Below are positions 27,171 through 35,768 of a DNA stretch of 64,000 nucleotides, piece after piece. The translations under genes were made by a program, and so were the position numbers. The stretch's first letter is position 1. Each line of letters starts with the position of its first letter. The notes below the pieces were generated by a model. That model was not told where the DNA came from and did not search any database. It saw only the letters and a list, made by a program, of their open reading frames with translations. The stretch lies in NCBI GenBank assembly GCA_015069325.1, contig SVIV01000002.1, positions 181,694 through 245,693 on the forward strand, written 5' to 3'. This DNA is from Clostridiales bacterium. Its GTDB lineage: Bacteria > Bacillota > Clostridia > Christensenellales > UBA1242.

Positions 27171-27864
27171 GCTTATATTGTTTTTTCTCTTCTAACTTCC
27201 AATGAATCAGACCATAGGTATCATTGGTTAAAAAAACAAAAAACGTAACAACGGTTGGCAAATAACCAATTCCGCTATTCACAACAACAATCGACCATAA
27301 AACGATTAAAATAATATCATTAAGAATAAAAGCTAAAGCATAATAGCTACATCTTCTAAGCATTAAATATGAAGCAACTAAAGATGTAATTAAAGACAAT
27401 GTGCTTATAATCAACTCACTAGTGTTTAATGCTTTTAATAAAAAATAAAATCCAATTGTTGCAAAAACTGTTGCAACAGACAAATATGCATATTCCTTTC
27501 CTTTTATCTTATTAACTTCAACAACTTGTGTATTTTCCTTATTTTTATTTCTCAACCAAGTAATTATTGAAAAGAAATAAATAGGAATCATTAATACAAT
27601 ATAAATTATTGCTTCACCATAATAACGTTGAACTATTGATATAATGGCATATAAAACACAATATATAATATTAAGAAATGGCGAAACAATTAAACCCTTA
27701 GCCAAAGTAAAAACAGCAATAATGCCAACTAATGAAGTAATTAACGAAAAAGCATTTTTATCTAAACTAAAAACAAAACACAAAACAATTGCCAACAAAC
27801 TAACAAATAAAAATAAAATTTCAAACAAATTCCAATTCTTAAAAAATTTTTTAAGCATAAGCAT
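27157..27864 (-). CDS. pnuC: nicotinamide riboside transporter PnuC family (array unit 3)
   Basis: 235 aa, 7-8 TM helices. N-terminal WNLFEILFL...LAKG...YGEAI..., a PnuC-like pattern. Confidence 0.75.
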   Translation of the reverse strand: MLMLKKFFKNWNLFEILFLFVSLLAIVLCFVFSLDKNAFSLITSLVGIIAVFTLAKGLIVSPFLNIIYCVLYAIISIVQRYYGEAIIYIVLMIPIYFFSIITWLRNKNKENTQVVEVNKIKGKEYAYLSVATVFATIGFYFLLKALNTSELIISTLSLITSLVASYLMLRRCSYYALAFILNDIILIVLWSIVVVNSGIGYLPTVVTFFVFLTNDTYGLIHWKLEEKKQYKQKEQ

Positions 27865-27878
27865 TCTCCAATGAGTTA

Positions 27879-27931
27879 ATTATACAATAAAAATAACAAA
27901 ATGTATACAAATTGCATGCAAAATGTATACA
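27879..27931 (-). promoter_or_regulatory. unit-3 promoter with twin TGTATACA palindromes
   Basis: TGTATACA at 27902-09 and 27924-31, 22 bp apart, flanking a TTGCATGCAA centre. TATAAT at 27879-84. Confidence 0.65.
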
Positions 27932-27947
27932 CTTTAACAAAAAAAAT

Positions 27948-28198
27948 TTAAATACTACTTTTTCTACTCTGCCTATCTACATTAAGCACAACCCCTATTG
28001 CACTCATGAATACTAGCAAACTTGTTGAGCCTGCATTTTGGCCCCCGCAAATCGTGAGATTTGTGGGGAAAAGGAAAAACAGAGCGTCAAATTTTGTGCA
28101 AGCAGAGCGAGCACAAATCACAAAGCGAGAGTTTTGACGCAGGTAGTGGCAATCCTGTTGGTGGGATTGACCCATTAACATCAGTTATTGTATTATAA
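27948..28198 (-). repeat. decoy copy D of the ftsW 3' tail (with structured insert)
   Basis: GSIPPTGLPLP and AGSTSLLVFMSAIGVVLNVDRQSRKSSI* are separated by the insert at 28035-28140. The upstream part is in a different frame. Confidence 0.85.
28035..28140 (+). ncRNA. structured insert, copy D (106 nt)
   Basis: P1 CCCCGCAAAT/ATTTGTGGGG (one G-T pair), P2 GCGTCAAA/TTTGACGC, P3 TTGTGC/GCACAA. Confidence 0.45.
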
Positions 28199-28219
28199 AA
28201 AAGCACAAAAAAAGAGTCT

Positions 28220-28699
28220 TTACAACTCTTTTTCCTCACTTTCTTGAATAACGTCTTGCTTGTGCAAGACCTCCAAACATTCTTGTTTAAACTTAGCAAT
28301 TTCCTCTTTATCTTCACCAAAATAAAGTTCACCTGCTATATCTAATAATTCATCTATAGTCATTAAATTATCATCATCTTTATAATAATTTATACCACTT
28401 CGTCTATTGGTATAATCTTGAGCAAGCAAACATGCCTCATCATATCTTGTCACACCATGATTTTTGCTTAAATCAGTATTCCTCAATGCCTTAATAAAAT
28501 ATTTTGGTTCTTTATATGGATCAAAAACATATTCACCAGTTTTACTTCTAGATAAATGTATTCGTGCACTCTCACTCAATCTTGTCATAAAAGTTTGAAA
28601 TGCATTTTTATTGTCGATAACAAATTCAATATGATAAAAATGATGACCTACACACTCATTACCACAAAAAACTCTAATTTCCTTAAATCGTTTTTTCAT
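28220..28699 (-). CDS. hypothetical protein (array unit 2)
   Basis: 159 aa from the ATG at 28699 (MKKRFKEIRVF...), preceded by RBS TAGGAGAAAG. The track start at 28780 translates the promoter. No motif recognised. Confidence 0.55.
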   Translation of the reverse strand: MKKRFKEIRVFCGNECVGHHFYHIEFVIDNKNAFQTFMTRLSESARIHLSRSKTGEYVFDPYKEPKYFIKALRNTDLSKNHGVTRYDEACLLAQDYTNRRSGINYYKDDDNLMTIDELLDIAGELYFGEDKEEIAKFKQECLEVLHKQDVIQESEEKEL

Positions 28700-28720
28700 A
28701 CATCTTTCTCCTATGCTTGC

Positions 28721-28773
28721 ATTATACCACACAAACAAAAAAATGTATACACATTGATTATAATTTGTATACA
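28721..28773 (-). promoter_or_regulatory. unit-2 promoter with twin TGTATACA palindromes
   Basis: TGTATACA at 28744-51 and 28766-73, 22 bp apart. TGtGgTATAAT with TATAAT at 28721-26. Confidence 0.65.
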
Positions 28774-28791
28774 TTTGCATTAAAATTTTTT

Positions 28792-29050
28792 TTAGATTTT
28801 ACTCTTCCTACTCTGTCTATCTATATTTAGAACAATCCCTATCGCACTCATAAAAACTAGCAAAGAAGTTGAGCCGGCATTCTGGGGCACCCCGCAAGTT
28901 GCAGGAGCGAAACTTGTGGGGATAAGGAAAAACCAAGCGTCAATTTTTGTGCGACCAACAGCGAGCACAAACTTAAAAGCGAGTGTTTTGACGCAGGTAG
29001 TGGCAAGCATGTTGGTGGAATTGAACCTCTTAACATCAGTTATTGTATTA
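28792..29050 (-). repeat. decoy copy E of the ftsW 3' tail (with structured insert)
   Basis: Tail AGSTSLLVFMSAIGIVLNIDRQSRKSKI*. Insert at 28879-28994. This is the most diverged copy. Confidence 0.85.
28879..28994 (+). ncRNA. structured insert, copy E (116 nt)
   Basis: P1 CCCCGCAAGTT/AACTTGTGGGG carries a compensatory A-T to G-C change relative to copies B and D. The loops differ but the stems are kept. Confidence 0.45.
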
Positions 29051-29063
29051 CAAATTTTTGCAT

Positions 29064-29091
29064 TAAAAAAAGAGCAAATTTATTGCTCTTT
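29064..29091 (-). terminator. terminator of the LytTR unit
   Basis: Stem agagcaa/ttgctct with A and T runs. Confidence 0.7.
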
Positions 29092-29093
29092 AC

Positions 29094-29444
29094 CTAAAAT
29101 TCTCTTTCATGTTCTCGATTTAATTTGGGGATGACATTTCTTTCAAAATCCACCACAGATAATTTTTTTAGTTGCATACCATTTCTAAATTTAACAGTAA
29201 CAAAAGACCCATTACTTAAATATGAATTCATTTCATTTGGATTTATATAAACAACGCAATTGTGTTTATAGCAAAATACTTTAGGCAACTTGTTTAATAA
29301 GTTTTCCATATCGCCCCATTGCAATGTAACGGTTTCTCCATCGATAAAATGTGTATCACATTTAAAACCATCTTCAACTATATACAAAATATCTCTTGAA
29401 TTAAATTCAATTCTTTTCCATGATCCAAATGGCGTAGCTTGCAT
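29094..29444 (-). CDS. stand-alone LytTR-type DNA-binding domain protein (array unit 1)
   Basis: 116 aa. RIEFNSRDILYIVEDGFKCDTHFIDGETVTLQWGDMENLLNKLPKVFCYKHNCVVYINPNEM fits the LytTR pattern (..I.yie......i.t.......sl..le..Lp..F.r.hrs.iVN...i). No receiver domain. Confidence 0.65.
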   Translation of the reverse strand: MQATPFGSWKRIEFNSRDILYIVEDGFKCDTHFIDGETVTLQWGDMENLLNKLPKVFCYKHNCVVYINPNEMNSYLSNGSFVTVKFRNGMQLKKLSVVDFERNVIPKLNREHEREF

Positions 29445-29464
29445 ATTGTTTCTCCTACTTTTTC

Positions 29465-29518
29465 ATTATACCACAAAAATAAAAAAAATGTATACACTTT
29501 GATTACGATTTGTATACA
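29465..29518 (-). promoter_or_regulatory. unit-1 promoter with twin TGTATACA palindromes, directly after the ftsW stop
   Basis: TGTATACA at 29489-96 and 29511-18, 22 bp apart. TGtGgTATAAT with TATAAT at 29465-70. Confidence 0.65.
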
Positions 29519-29533
29519 TTTATATTGAAAATA

Positions 29534-30649
29534 TTAAATTCTACCTTTTCGAGATTGTCTATCAACATTCAACACCACCCCTATCGCCGACATAAAAACA
29601 AGCAAACTTGTACTGCCGGCACTTATGAAAGGCAACGGCAGTCCTGTTGGTGGGATCGAACCTGTTACAACAGCGACATTAAGAAGGGTTTGCACTGCAA
29701 TAACAAATGCGACTCCGCAAGAAAGCATACTGCCAAAGCGGTCTTTTGCATTAAGACCTATTTTTATAATTTGCAAACATAAAAATAAGACAAACGAAAG
29801 ATATAAAACCACTCCCACAAATCCTATTTCTTCTCCCATAATTGAAAGAATAAAATCTGATTCAGCAAATGGAAGAAATAAATATTTTTGACGAGAGTTG
29901 AAAAGCCCAACACCAAACCATCCACCATCACCAAGAGAATAAAGCGATTGAATAAGCTGAAAACCTTCACCCTGCGGAGACGCCCAAGGATCAATAAACG
30001 CTAACAATCTTTTCATTCGATATGGCTCTGCAATAATTAGTAGTGGCACTGCAAGACCTGCAGGAATTGAAAACATAAGCGTATGCTTTTTGCTCATTCC
30101 ACCTATAATAAGCATACACAGCAAAACAAAACATATGCACATAGTTACACTCATACTAGGCTCCAACATAATCAGCAAAGCCATAACACCGCCTACCACA
30201 AGCACAGGAAATAACCCTTTTAAAGTTTTTACCTTATGATTATTATCTGCCAAATATGATGCTGTAAAAATCACCAATGCAAATTTTGCCACTTCTGATG
30301 GTTGAATTGAAAAGCCTAAAAGAGAAATCCATCTTTTTGCACCATATATTTCAACGCCCAAACCTGGAATAAAAACAAGGGATAAAAGCACACACGTTCC
30401 AACTACAATCCACCACTTAAGCTTTGCTAAGATATGATAATCCACCATTGAAAAGAAAATTAATCCACATATGCCCAAAATAAAACCAAAAAGTTGTTTA
30501 AAAAGAAAAAATTCGCTATTTCCATAATGATGCTGAGCAGAATAAAAACTTGCACTGTAAACCATAACACAGCCAAACAGTGCTAAGATTGCCACTATTG
30601 AAAAAATTAAAAGATATTCACCCTTGAAATTCAATTTTTTCAGTTTCAC
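29534..30649 (-). CDS. ftsW: SEDS-family peptidoglycan polymerase FtsW/SpoVE
   Basis: 371 aa, about 10 TM helices. C-terminal GSIPPTGLPLPFISAGSTSLLVFMSAIGVVLNVDRQ matches the SEDS signature. Located after murD in the dcw cluster. Confidence 0.9.
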   Translation of the reverse strand: MKLKKLNFKGEYLLIFSIVAILALFGCVMVYSASFYSAQHHYGNSEFFLFKQLFGFILGICGLIFFSMVDYHILAKLKWWIVVGTCVLLSLVFIPGLGVEIYGAKRWISLLGFSIQPSEVAKFALVIFTASYLADNNHKVKTLKGLFPVLVVGGVMALLIMLEPSMSVTMCICFVLLCMLIIGGMSKKHTLMFSIPAGLAVPLLIIAEPYRMKRLLAFIDPWASPQGEGFQLIQSLYSLGDGGWFGVGLFNSRQKYLFLPFAESDFILSIMGEEIGFVGVVLYLSFVLFLCLQIIKIGLNAKDRFGSMLSCGVAFVIAVQTLLNVAVVTGSIPPTGLPLPFISAGSTSLLVFMSAIGVVLNVDRQSRKGRI

Positions 30650-31934
30650 CCAAAATTATCTCCTTAAACACCTGACCGCGCACCGCATAATTATCAAACT
30701 CATCAAAACTCGCACAAGAAGGCGACAACAAAATCTTTTGACCTTCTTTTGCATTATCACGTGCATATCGCACCGCTTCTTTCATAGTCACAAAAAATTT
30801 TGGACTATAGCCATATTTAACAGCACAATCAAAAATCTCTTGCCCACAAGCCCCAAAACACAAAACAGTTTCAAAAGAATACCCTTTGTCAAAAATTTCG
30901 TCAAATTCAAAATCTTTGTTTTGCCCACCAAGAAGCAAAACCAATCCACGCTCTCCCACCGACTCAATTGCACCAAGCGTAGATGCAATATTCGTCGCCT
31001 TTGAATCATCAAAAACTATAGCTCCATTTATTTCCCCCAAATATTCAAGCCTATGAGCAGGAGCCTTAAACGACATAATTGCTTCTTTAATCACGTTAGG
31101 TTTTACTTTATTTATTACAGCCAAAGCCACAGCAGCCATTACATTTTCGATGTTCTTTTCTCCAAATAGCGGGATATCTAAAAGAGAAATTATCTTTGTT
31201 TTATTGTGATAAATCGCGTTATTTTTAATAAAAATACCCTTTTTTAGCATATTTTTTGAAAAATAAAGAACATTTTTGCTAATTATTAAATTTCTAGTAT
31301 TTTTATCATCATAATTAAGCACCACTCTTTGTTTGCGTTTCCCTGAAATTATCTTCTTTTTCACACGCACATACTCGTCAAAACTTTCGTGCCTATCTAA
31401 ATGATCAGGGGCAAGATTCAACACTGCACAAATATCTGCTTGAAAAATTGAAGATAACTCTAATTGCAAATTACTCACTTCACAAACAATATTGCTTACC
31501 TTTGTAGAGTTTTTCACAATCGAGGAAAACGGCAGACCGATATTTCCACAAACAAAAGTTTCGCGGCCCGCCTTTTTAAAAATCTCACCAACAAGAGAAG
31601 TAACTGTCGTTTTTCCGTTCGTGCCAGTAATGCCAATAATCTTGCCTTTATTAAAAAGATACGCCAAATCCAGCTCTGAAATCACCTTGGTTTTTGAAAG
31701 AATAAAGTAAGACAATATTTTATTTCCTAAAACTTTTACCCCCGGACTTACAACAACTATGTCATATTTTTTTGACATAGGACTGCTTTCAAAAGGAAAA
31801 AACGCGCCAAACCTATTCTCATCATCATACACACTTACACAAGCACCTTCTTCGTGTAAAAGCTTTGACGCCGACTGACCACTTACTCCCATACCATACA
31901 CAAGAACCTTCTTTCCCCTAAAATTTATTTTCAT
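30618..31934 (-). CDS. murD: UDP-N-acetylmuramoylalanine--D-glutamate ligase
   Basis: 438 aa with GITGTNGKTT P-loop and an N-terminal Rossmann GMGVSG. Located between mraY and ftsW. Confidence 0.9.
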   Translation of the reverse strand: MKINFRGKKVLVYGMGVSGQSASKLLHEEGACVSVYDDENRFGAFFPFESSPMSKKYDIVVVSPGVKVLGNKILSYFILSKTKVISELDLAYLFNKGKIIGITGTNGKTTVTSLVGEIFKKAGRETFVCGNIGLPFSSIVKNSTKVSNIVCEVSNLQLELSSIFQADICAVLNLAPDHLDRHESFDEYVRVKKKIISGKRKQRVVLNYDDKNTRNLIISKNVLYFSKNMLKKGIFIKNNAIYHNKTKIISLLDIPLFGEKNIENVMAAVALAVINKVKPNVIKEAIMSFKAPAHRLEYLGEINGAIVFDDSKATNIASTLGAIESVGERGLVLLLGGQNKDFEFDEIFDKGYSFETVLCFGACGQEIFDCAVKYGYSPKFFVTMKEAVRYARDNAKEGQKILLSPSCASFDEFDNYAVRGQVFKEIILGETEKIEFQG

Positions 31935-32893
31935 AAAACTCCTTTCATAGTTAAATATCCTAGCAAAACAATTAACCCCGCAATTAAAGTTGCAACAATA
32001 TAACTTATGACGATTTTATTTTCGTGAACACCGCTTTTTTCAAAATGATGATGAAGCGGTGCCATTTTAAAGATTCTTTTCCCTTTTGTTAACTTAAAAT
32101 ACCCCACCTGCAATACATCACTTAAAACAGAGAGCACAAACATAACCCCAATTATCGGCATAATCAGTTCAAGCCCACTAAAAGACGCCAGCGACGCAAT
32201 CACACCGCCCAAAGCAAGCGATCCAGTATCCCCCATAAATATTTTAGCAGGAAAACCATTGAATAGCAAAAAACCTAAAACAGCCCCCGCCATCGCAAAT
32301 GAAATTATGGCAAAATTATCAAAACCGCCAATAACTGCAAGAAGCACACCAAAAATGATAAAATAAACAAAACTCACTCCGCCCGCAAGACCATCAAGCC
32401 CGTCAGTTAAGTTCACCGCATTCGTCACAGCAACAAAAAAAATGACAACAAAAGGAATTATCCACCACTCCAAATTAATAGAAAAACCAAACAAATCCAA
32501 TCTGCCACCAAAATTTAAATATACATAAATCGCAACAATAAGCGCTATGCCAACTTGTCCAATGATTTTTTGATAAGGTTTAAGCCCTTCATTTTGTCGA
32601 TATTTAATTTTGATAAAATCATCTAAAAATCCCAGAAATCCATAGGAAAAAGAAATTAACAAAACAAAACACCCCTGCAAAACTTCCCCAGAAAGAAAAA
32701 ATAGCGAACTAAGCGACGCAATTAAAAATATCCAACCGCCCATTGTAGGAGTCCCCGCTTTCCCAGAATGATTGTCCACATAATGAAGAATCGTCTGAGA
32801 CAAATGAAACTTTTTACAGATTTTTAAAACAGGAAAACCTATCACCACTGCTACTACAAACGAAACTATAAAAACAAGAAAAAAATTCAACAT
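31931..32893 (-). CDS. mraY: phospho-N-acetylmuramoyl-pentapeptide transferase
   Basis: 320 aa with GTPTMGG, NAVNLTDGLDGLA and HHHFE motifs. Confidence 0.95.
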   Translation of the reverse strand: MLNFFLVFIVSFVVAVVIGFPVLKICKKFHLSQTILHYVDNHSGKAGTPTMGGWIFLIASLSSLFFLSGEVLQGCFVLLISFSYGFLGFLDDFIKIKYRQNEGLKPYQKIIGQVGIALIVAIYVYLNFGGRLDLFGFSINLEWWIIPFVVIFFVAVTNAVNLTDGLDGLAGGVSFVYFIIFGVLLAVIGGFDNFAIISFAMAGAVLGFLLFNGFPAKIFMGDTGSLALGGVIASLASFSGLELIMPIIGVMFVLSVLSDVLQVGYFKLTKGKRIFKMAPLHHHFEKSGVHENKIVISYIVATLIAGLIVLLGYLTMKGVL

Positions 32894-33042
32894 ATCCCCT
32901 CTCCTTAAATCTATGATTAGTTTTTGTAATTTATTAAAAAAACTTGCATCACAAAATAAAAAAACAATTTGAAGGTTTTATTTTTCAACTCAAATAAAAC
33001 ATTTGCAAAAATAAAAACAGGCAGAAAATCACCTGTTGTTTT

Positions 33043-34569
33043 TTATTTTATCTCATTTTCTTCGCAAAAATCGTTATTTTCTTTGTTTTTTATTATATTT
33101 GCATTTGTTTTTTGCAAATTATTAATCGGTTTTATGTTTTTTCTAAAATAATTATACACCACATCAAAATCATTATAAGGATATTTTATTCCATTTATGT
33201 CCTGATACTTTTCTCCACCTTTACCAGCGATAATTATCGTTTCGTTGTTACAAAAATTAGAAAGCGTCCATTCAATCGCCTTTTTCCTGTCTTCTTCACA
33301 AATGTAATCCCCTTTTATCCCTTGACCTATTTCTTTAATGATTTCTTTTGGATTCTCAAATCGTGGGTTATCACTTGTCAGCACGATAAAATCTGCATAT
33401 TTTTCTGCAATATGCCCCATAATCGGCCTTTTAAATCGGTCCCTATTTCCGCCACAACCAAATACCACGACTATTTTATCGCCAGTAAGCTCTTTTGCGG
33501 TTTTAAGCACCTTTTCAAGCCCATCTGGCGTATGAGCAAAGTCAATGACGATATTTCTGCCACTTATATTTATCACATTAAACCTTCCTTCGACAGTTGG
33601 AAGGCAATTCATTCCTAATTGAATTAATTTTTTATCTATCCCCAAGCTTCGACAAACTGCAATACTTGCAAGTGCATTTTCAACATTATATGCCCCCACT
33701 AACGGCATATCTATTTCGCTTTTTTCACCAATATAATCACAAACAAAATGGCTATTTTGAAAAGTCATATTAACATTTTTTGCACAAACATCATAATCGC
33801 CATCTATGCCATAAGTAATAATAGGCACTTGAGCATTCTCAGCTGCCTGCACCGAATATTCCTTGCCGCCGCAAATTATACCCAATTTAATCCTACCCTG
33901 CTCAAATAATTTAAACTTTGTCTTTGCATAACAGTCCATATCTTCAAAAAAATCCAAGTGGTCTTCTGTTATGTTGGTCAAAACCCCAATTTCAAACTTT
34001 ATGCCATCAACTTTACTTAATGCAAGAGCGTGAGCTGACACTTCCATAACAACAAATTCCGCCCCTTCTCCAGCCATTTTGTTTAAAATTTTATGCAAAA
34101 TATAAGGATCGGGCGTAGTAAAGCCTGTTTCTATATTTTTACCATTAAAACTTGCACCCAATGTGCCAATCACTCCCGCCTTAGCCCCCGCAGTTTTAAG
34201 CAAACTCGCAATAGAGTTTGCGGTGGTAGTTTTGCCATTAGTGCCGGTAATTGCAATCATTCGCAAATTATCACAAGCATCTGAAAAATAATGTTTTGAC
34301 ATTATCGCATATGCACTACGTGCATTTTCCACCTGCACACTATTTTTAAAGGGCAATTTGTCTTCAGATATTACACAGCTTGCACCATTATTAATTGCTT
34401 CCCCTGCAAAGTCATTCCCATTATGACTCACGCCTTTTAACGCAATAAAGACATCGCCCTTTTTAACACTTCTATGATCAATTTTAATATCCGCAACTTC
34501 TGTAGTCATTAAATTTTCATTAATAGACACAACATTCACATCTTTTAAAAGTTCACCCAGCCACATCAT
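33043..34569 (-). CDS. murE: UDP-N-acetylmuramoyl-L-alanyl-D-glutamate--2,6-diaminopimelate (or lysine) ligase
   Basis: 508 aa with ITGTNGKTTT P-loop and a Mur ligase central and C-terminal domain. Extra ~35-aa Asn/Lys-rich tail. Confidence 0.9.
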   Translation of the reverse strand: MMWLGELLKDVNVVSINENLMTTEVADIKIDHRSVKKGDVFIALKGVSHNGNDFAGEAINNGASCVISEDKLPFKNSVQVENARSAYAIMSKHYFSDACDNLRMIAITGTNGKTTTANSIASLLKTAGAKAGVIGTLGASFNGKNIETGFTTPDPYILHKILNKMAGEGAEFVVMEVSAHALALSKVDGIKFEIGVLTNITEDHLDFFEDMDCYAKTKFKLFEQGRIKLGIICGGKEYSVQAAENAQVPIITYGIDGDYDVCAKNVNMTFQNSHFVCDYIGEKSEIDMPLVGAYNVENALASIAVCRSLGIDKKLIQLGMNCLPTVEGRFNVINISGRNIVIDFAHTPDGLEKVLKTAKELTGDKIVVVFGCGGNRDRFKRPIMGHIAEKYADFIVLTSDNPRFENPKEIIKEIGQGIKGDYICEEDRKKAIEWTLSNFCNNETIIIAGKGGEKYQDINGIKYPYNDFDVVYNYFRKNIKPINNLQKTNANIIKNKENNDFCEENEIK

Positions 34570-34646
34570 TCTCTCCTTTACAACATTGTAATTGTTTTAA
34601 TTTTTAATTTGACTATACCGACAAAAGTAGTTTACTTTCGACAATT

Positions 34647-35759
34647 TTATTTTTGAAGTTTTCCACTTTTCCCCATTTCAATATACCTTTCAATTGCCTG
34701 AGAGTTGAATCTATAAACTATCCGCCTGTCATTTCGCTTTTGTGCATTAATAATTAGCGAGTGCAATAAATCGCTAAATTTGCTTTCAAATAAATTAAAA
34801 GCAAGCGAACCGGGGATTGTGTTCACTTCATTTACATAAAGTTGGCCATCTTTTGACATAAGAAAGTCAACTCTTACCACTCCAGCACACTCTAAACACT
34901 TATATGCGCATTTTGCCATTTGTTTGACTTTATCCGTCAATGCTTTATCTACTTTAACTTCTTTTCGTTTCTTTTGCTCGAGATATTTTTCTTCAAAAGT
35001 GTAAAACTTATCTTTGCTCGCTTCATCAATCTTGCTAGTCAGCAGCGTCCCATCAACGCTAACAACTGCACAAAAAAATTCTCTTGCATTTTCAATAAAT
35101 TCTTCAACAATTACTTTATCATCATAAAGTAGTGCGCCTTTAATGCATTCATCTAACTTTTCCGGATATTCACATATGCTGATACCAACACTACTGCCGC
35201 ATCGTGCAGGTTTTACTATACAAGGGAAACTCAGTTCACTTGCAATCTTTTGTTTTATCTCATTGTTCATTTGTTCATATTCGCATCTTTTAAAATACAA
35301 ACATAGCGGGGTGGGCAAATCATTTTCAAGCAAAACCGTTTTGGTCAAAACCTTATCCATACAAACCGCACTAGATGCCACTCCCGGAGAAGTATAAGGA
35401 ATGTTGCAAAGTTCCAACAGGCCTTGTAAACTTCCATCTTCTCCACCATTGCCGTGATTGCAAAGCACCGCCCCATCAATTTTGATTGTCTCTTTTATTT
35501 TCCCCTTGCCTTGAAAATAAACAAACGGGCTTCCTACCCTAAAAAATACTTTCCTTTCGTTTTTGACATTTTTCGCATAGTTTAAATATAGTTTTTCATC
35601 ACTCAAATTTTCCCCATTGACCATAATCCCATCAATGCGAACATACAAAGGAATCATATTATACCCTTTCGGAAAAGCCTTCATAACCTGAAGTGCGGTA
35701 ATGATTGAAATATCGTGTTCAACGCTTTTCCCACCAAAAATTACTGCAATATTTTCCAT
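34647..35759 (-). CDS. ddl: D-alanine--D-alanine ligase
   Basis: 370 aa with VIFGGKSVEHDISI, an ATP-grasp fold and EVNTIPG. Confidence 0.9.
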   Translation of the reverse strand: MENIAVIFGGKSVEHDISIITALQVMKAFPKGYNMIPLYVRIDGIMVNGENLSDEKLYLNYAKNVKNERKVFFRVGSPFVYFQGKGKIKETIKIDGAVLCNHGNGGEDGSLQGLLELCNIPYTSPGVASSAVCMDKVLTKTVLLENDLPTPLCLYFKRCEYEQMNNEIKQKIASELSFPCIVKPARCGSSVGISICEYPEKLDECIKGALLYDDKVIVEEFIENAREFFCAVVSVDGTLLTSKIDEASKDKFYTFEEKYLEQKKRKEVKVDKALTDKVKQMAKCAYKCLECAGVVRVDFLMSKDGQLYVNEVNTIPGSLAFNLFESKFSDLLHSLIINAQKRNDRRIVYRFNSQAIERYIEMGKSGKLQK

Positions 35760-35768
35760 ATTTTCTCC

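Noticed and set aside
25262-29134. ORF-track entries inside the junction repeats. Plus strand: 25262-25501, 25303-25488, 26189-26377, 26947-27195 and 28916-29134. Minus strand: 27948-28181, 28087-28332 and 28792-29010.
   Set aside because: They arise from translating the conserved repeat and insert. Indels between copies put the homologous nucleotides in different frames (copy E against A and B), and copy A has an in-frame stop. What is conserved is the nucleotide sequence and its structure, not a protein.
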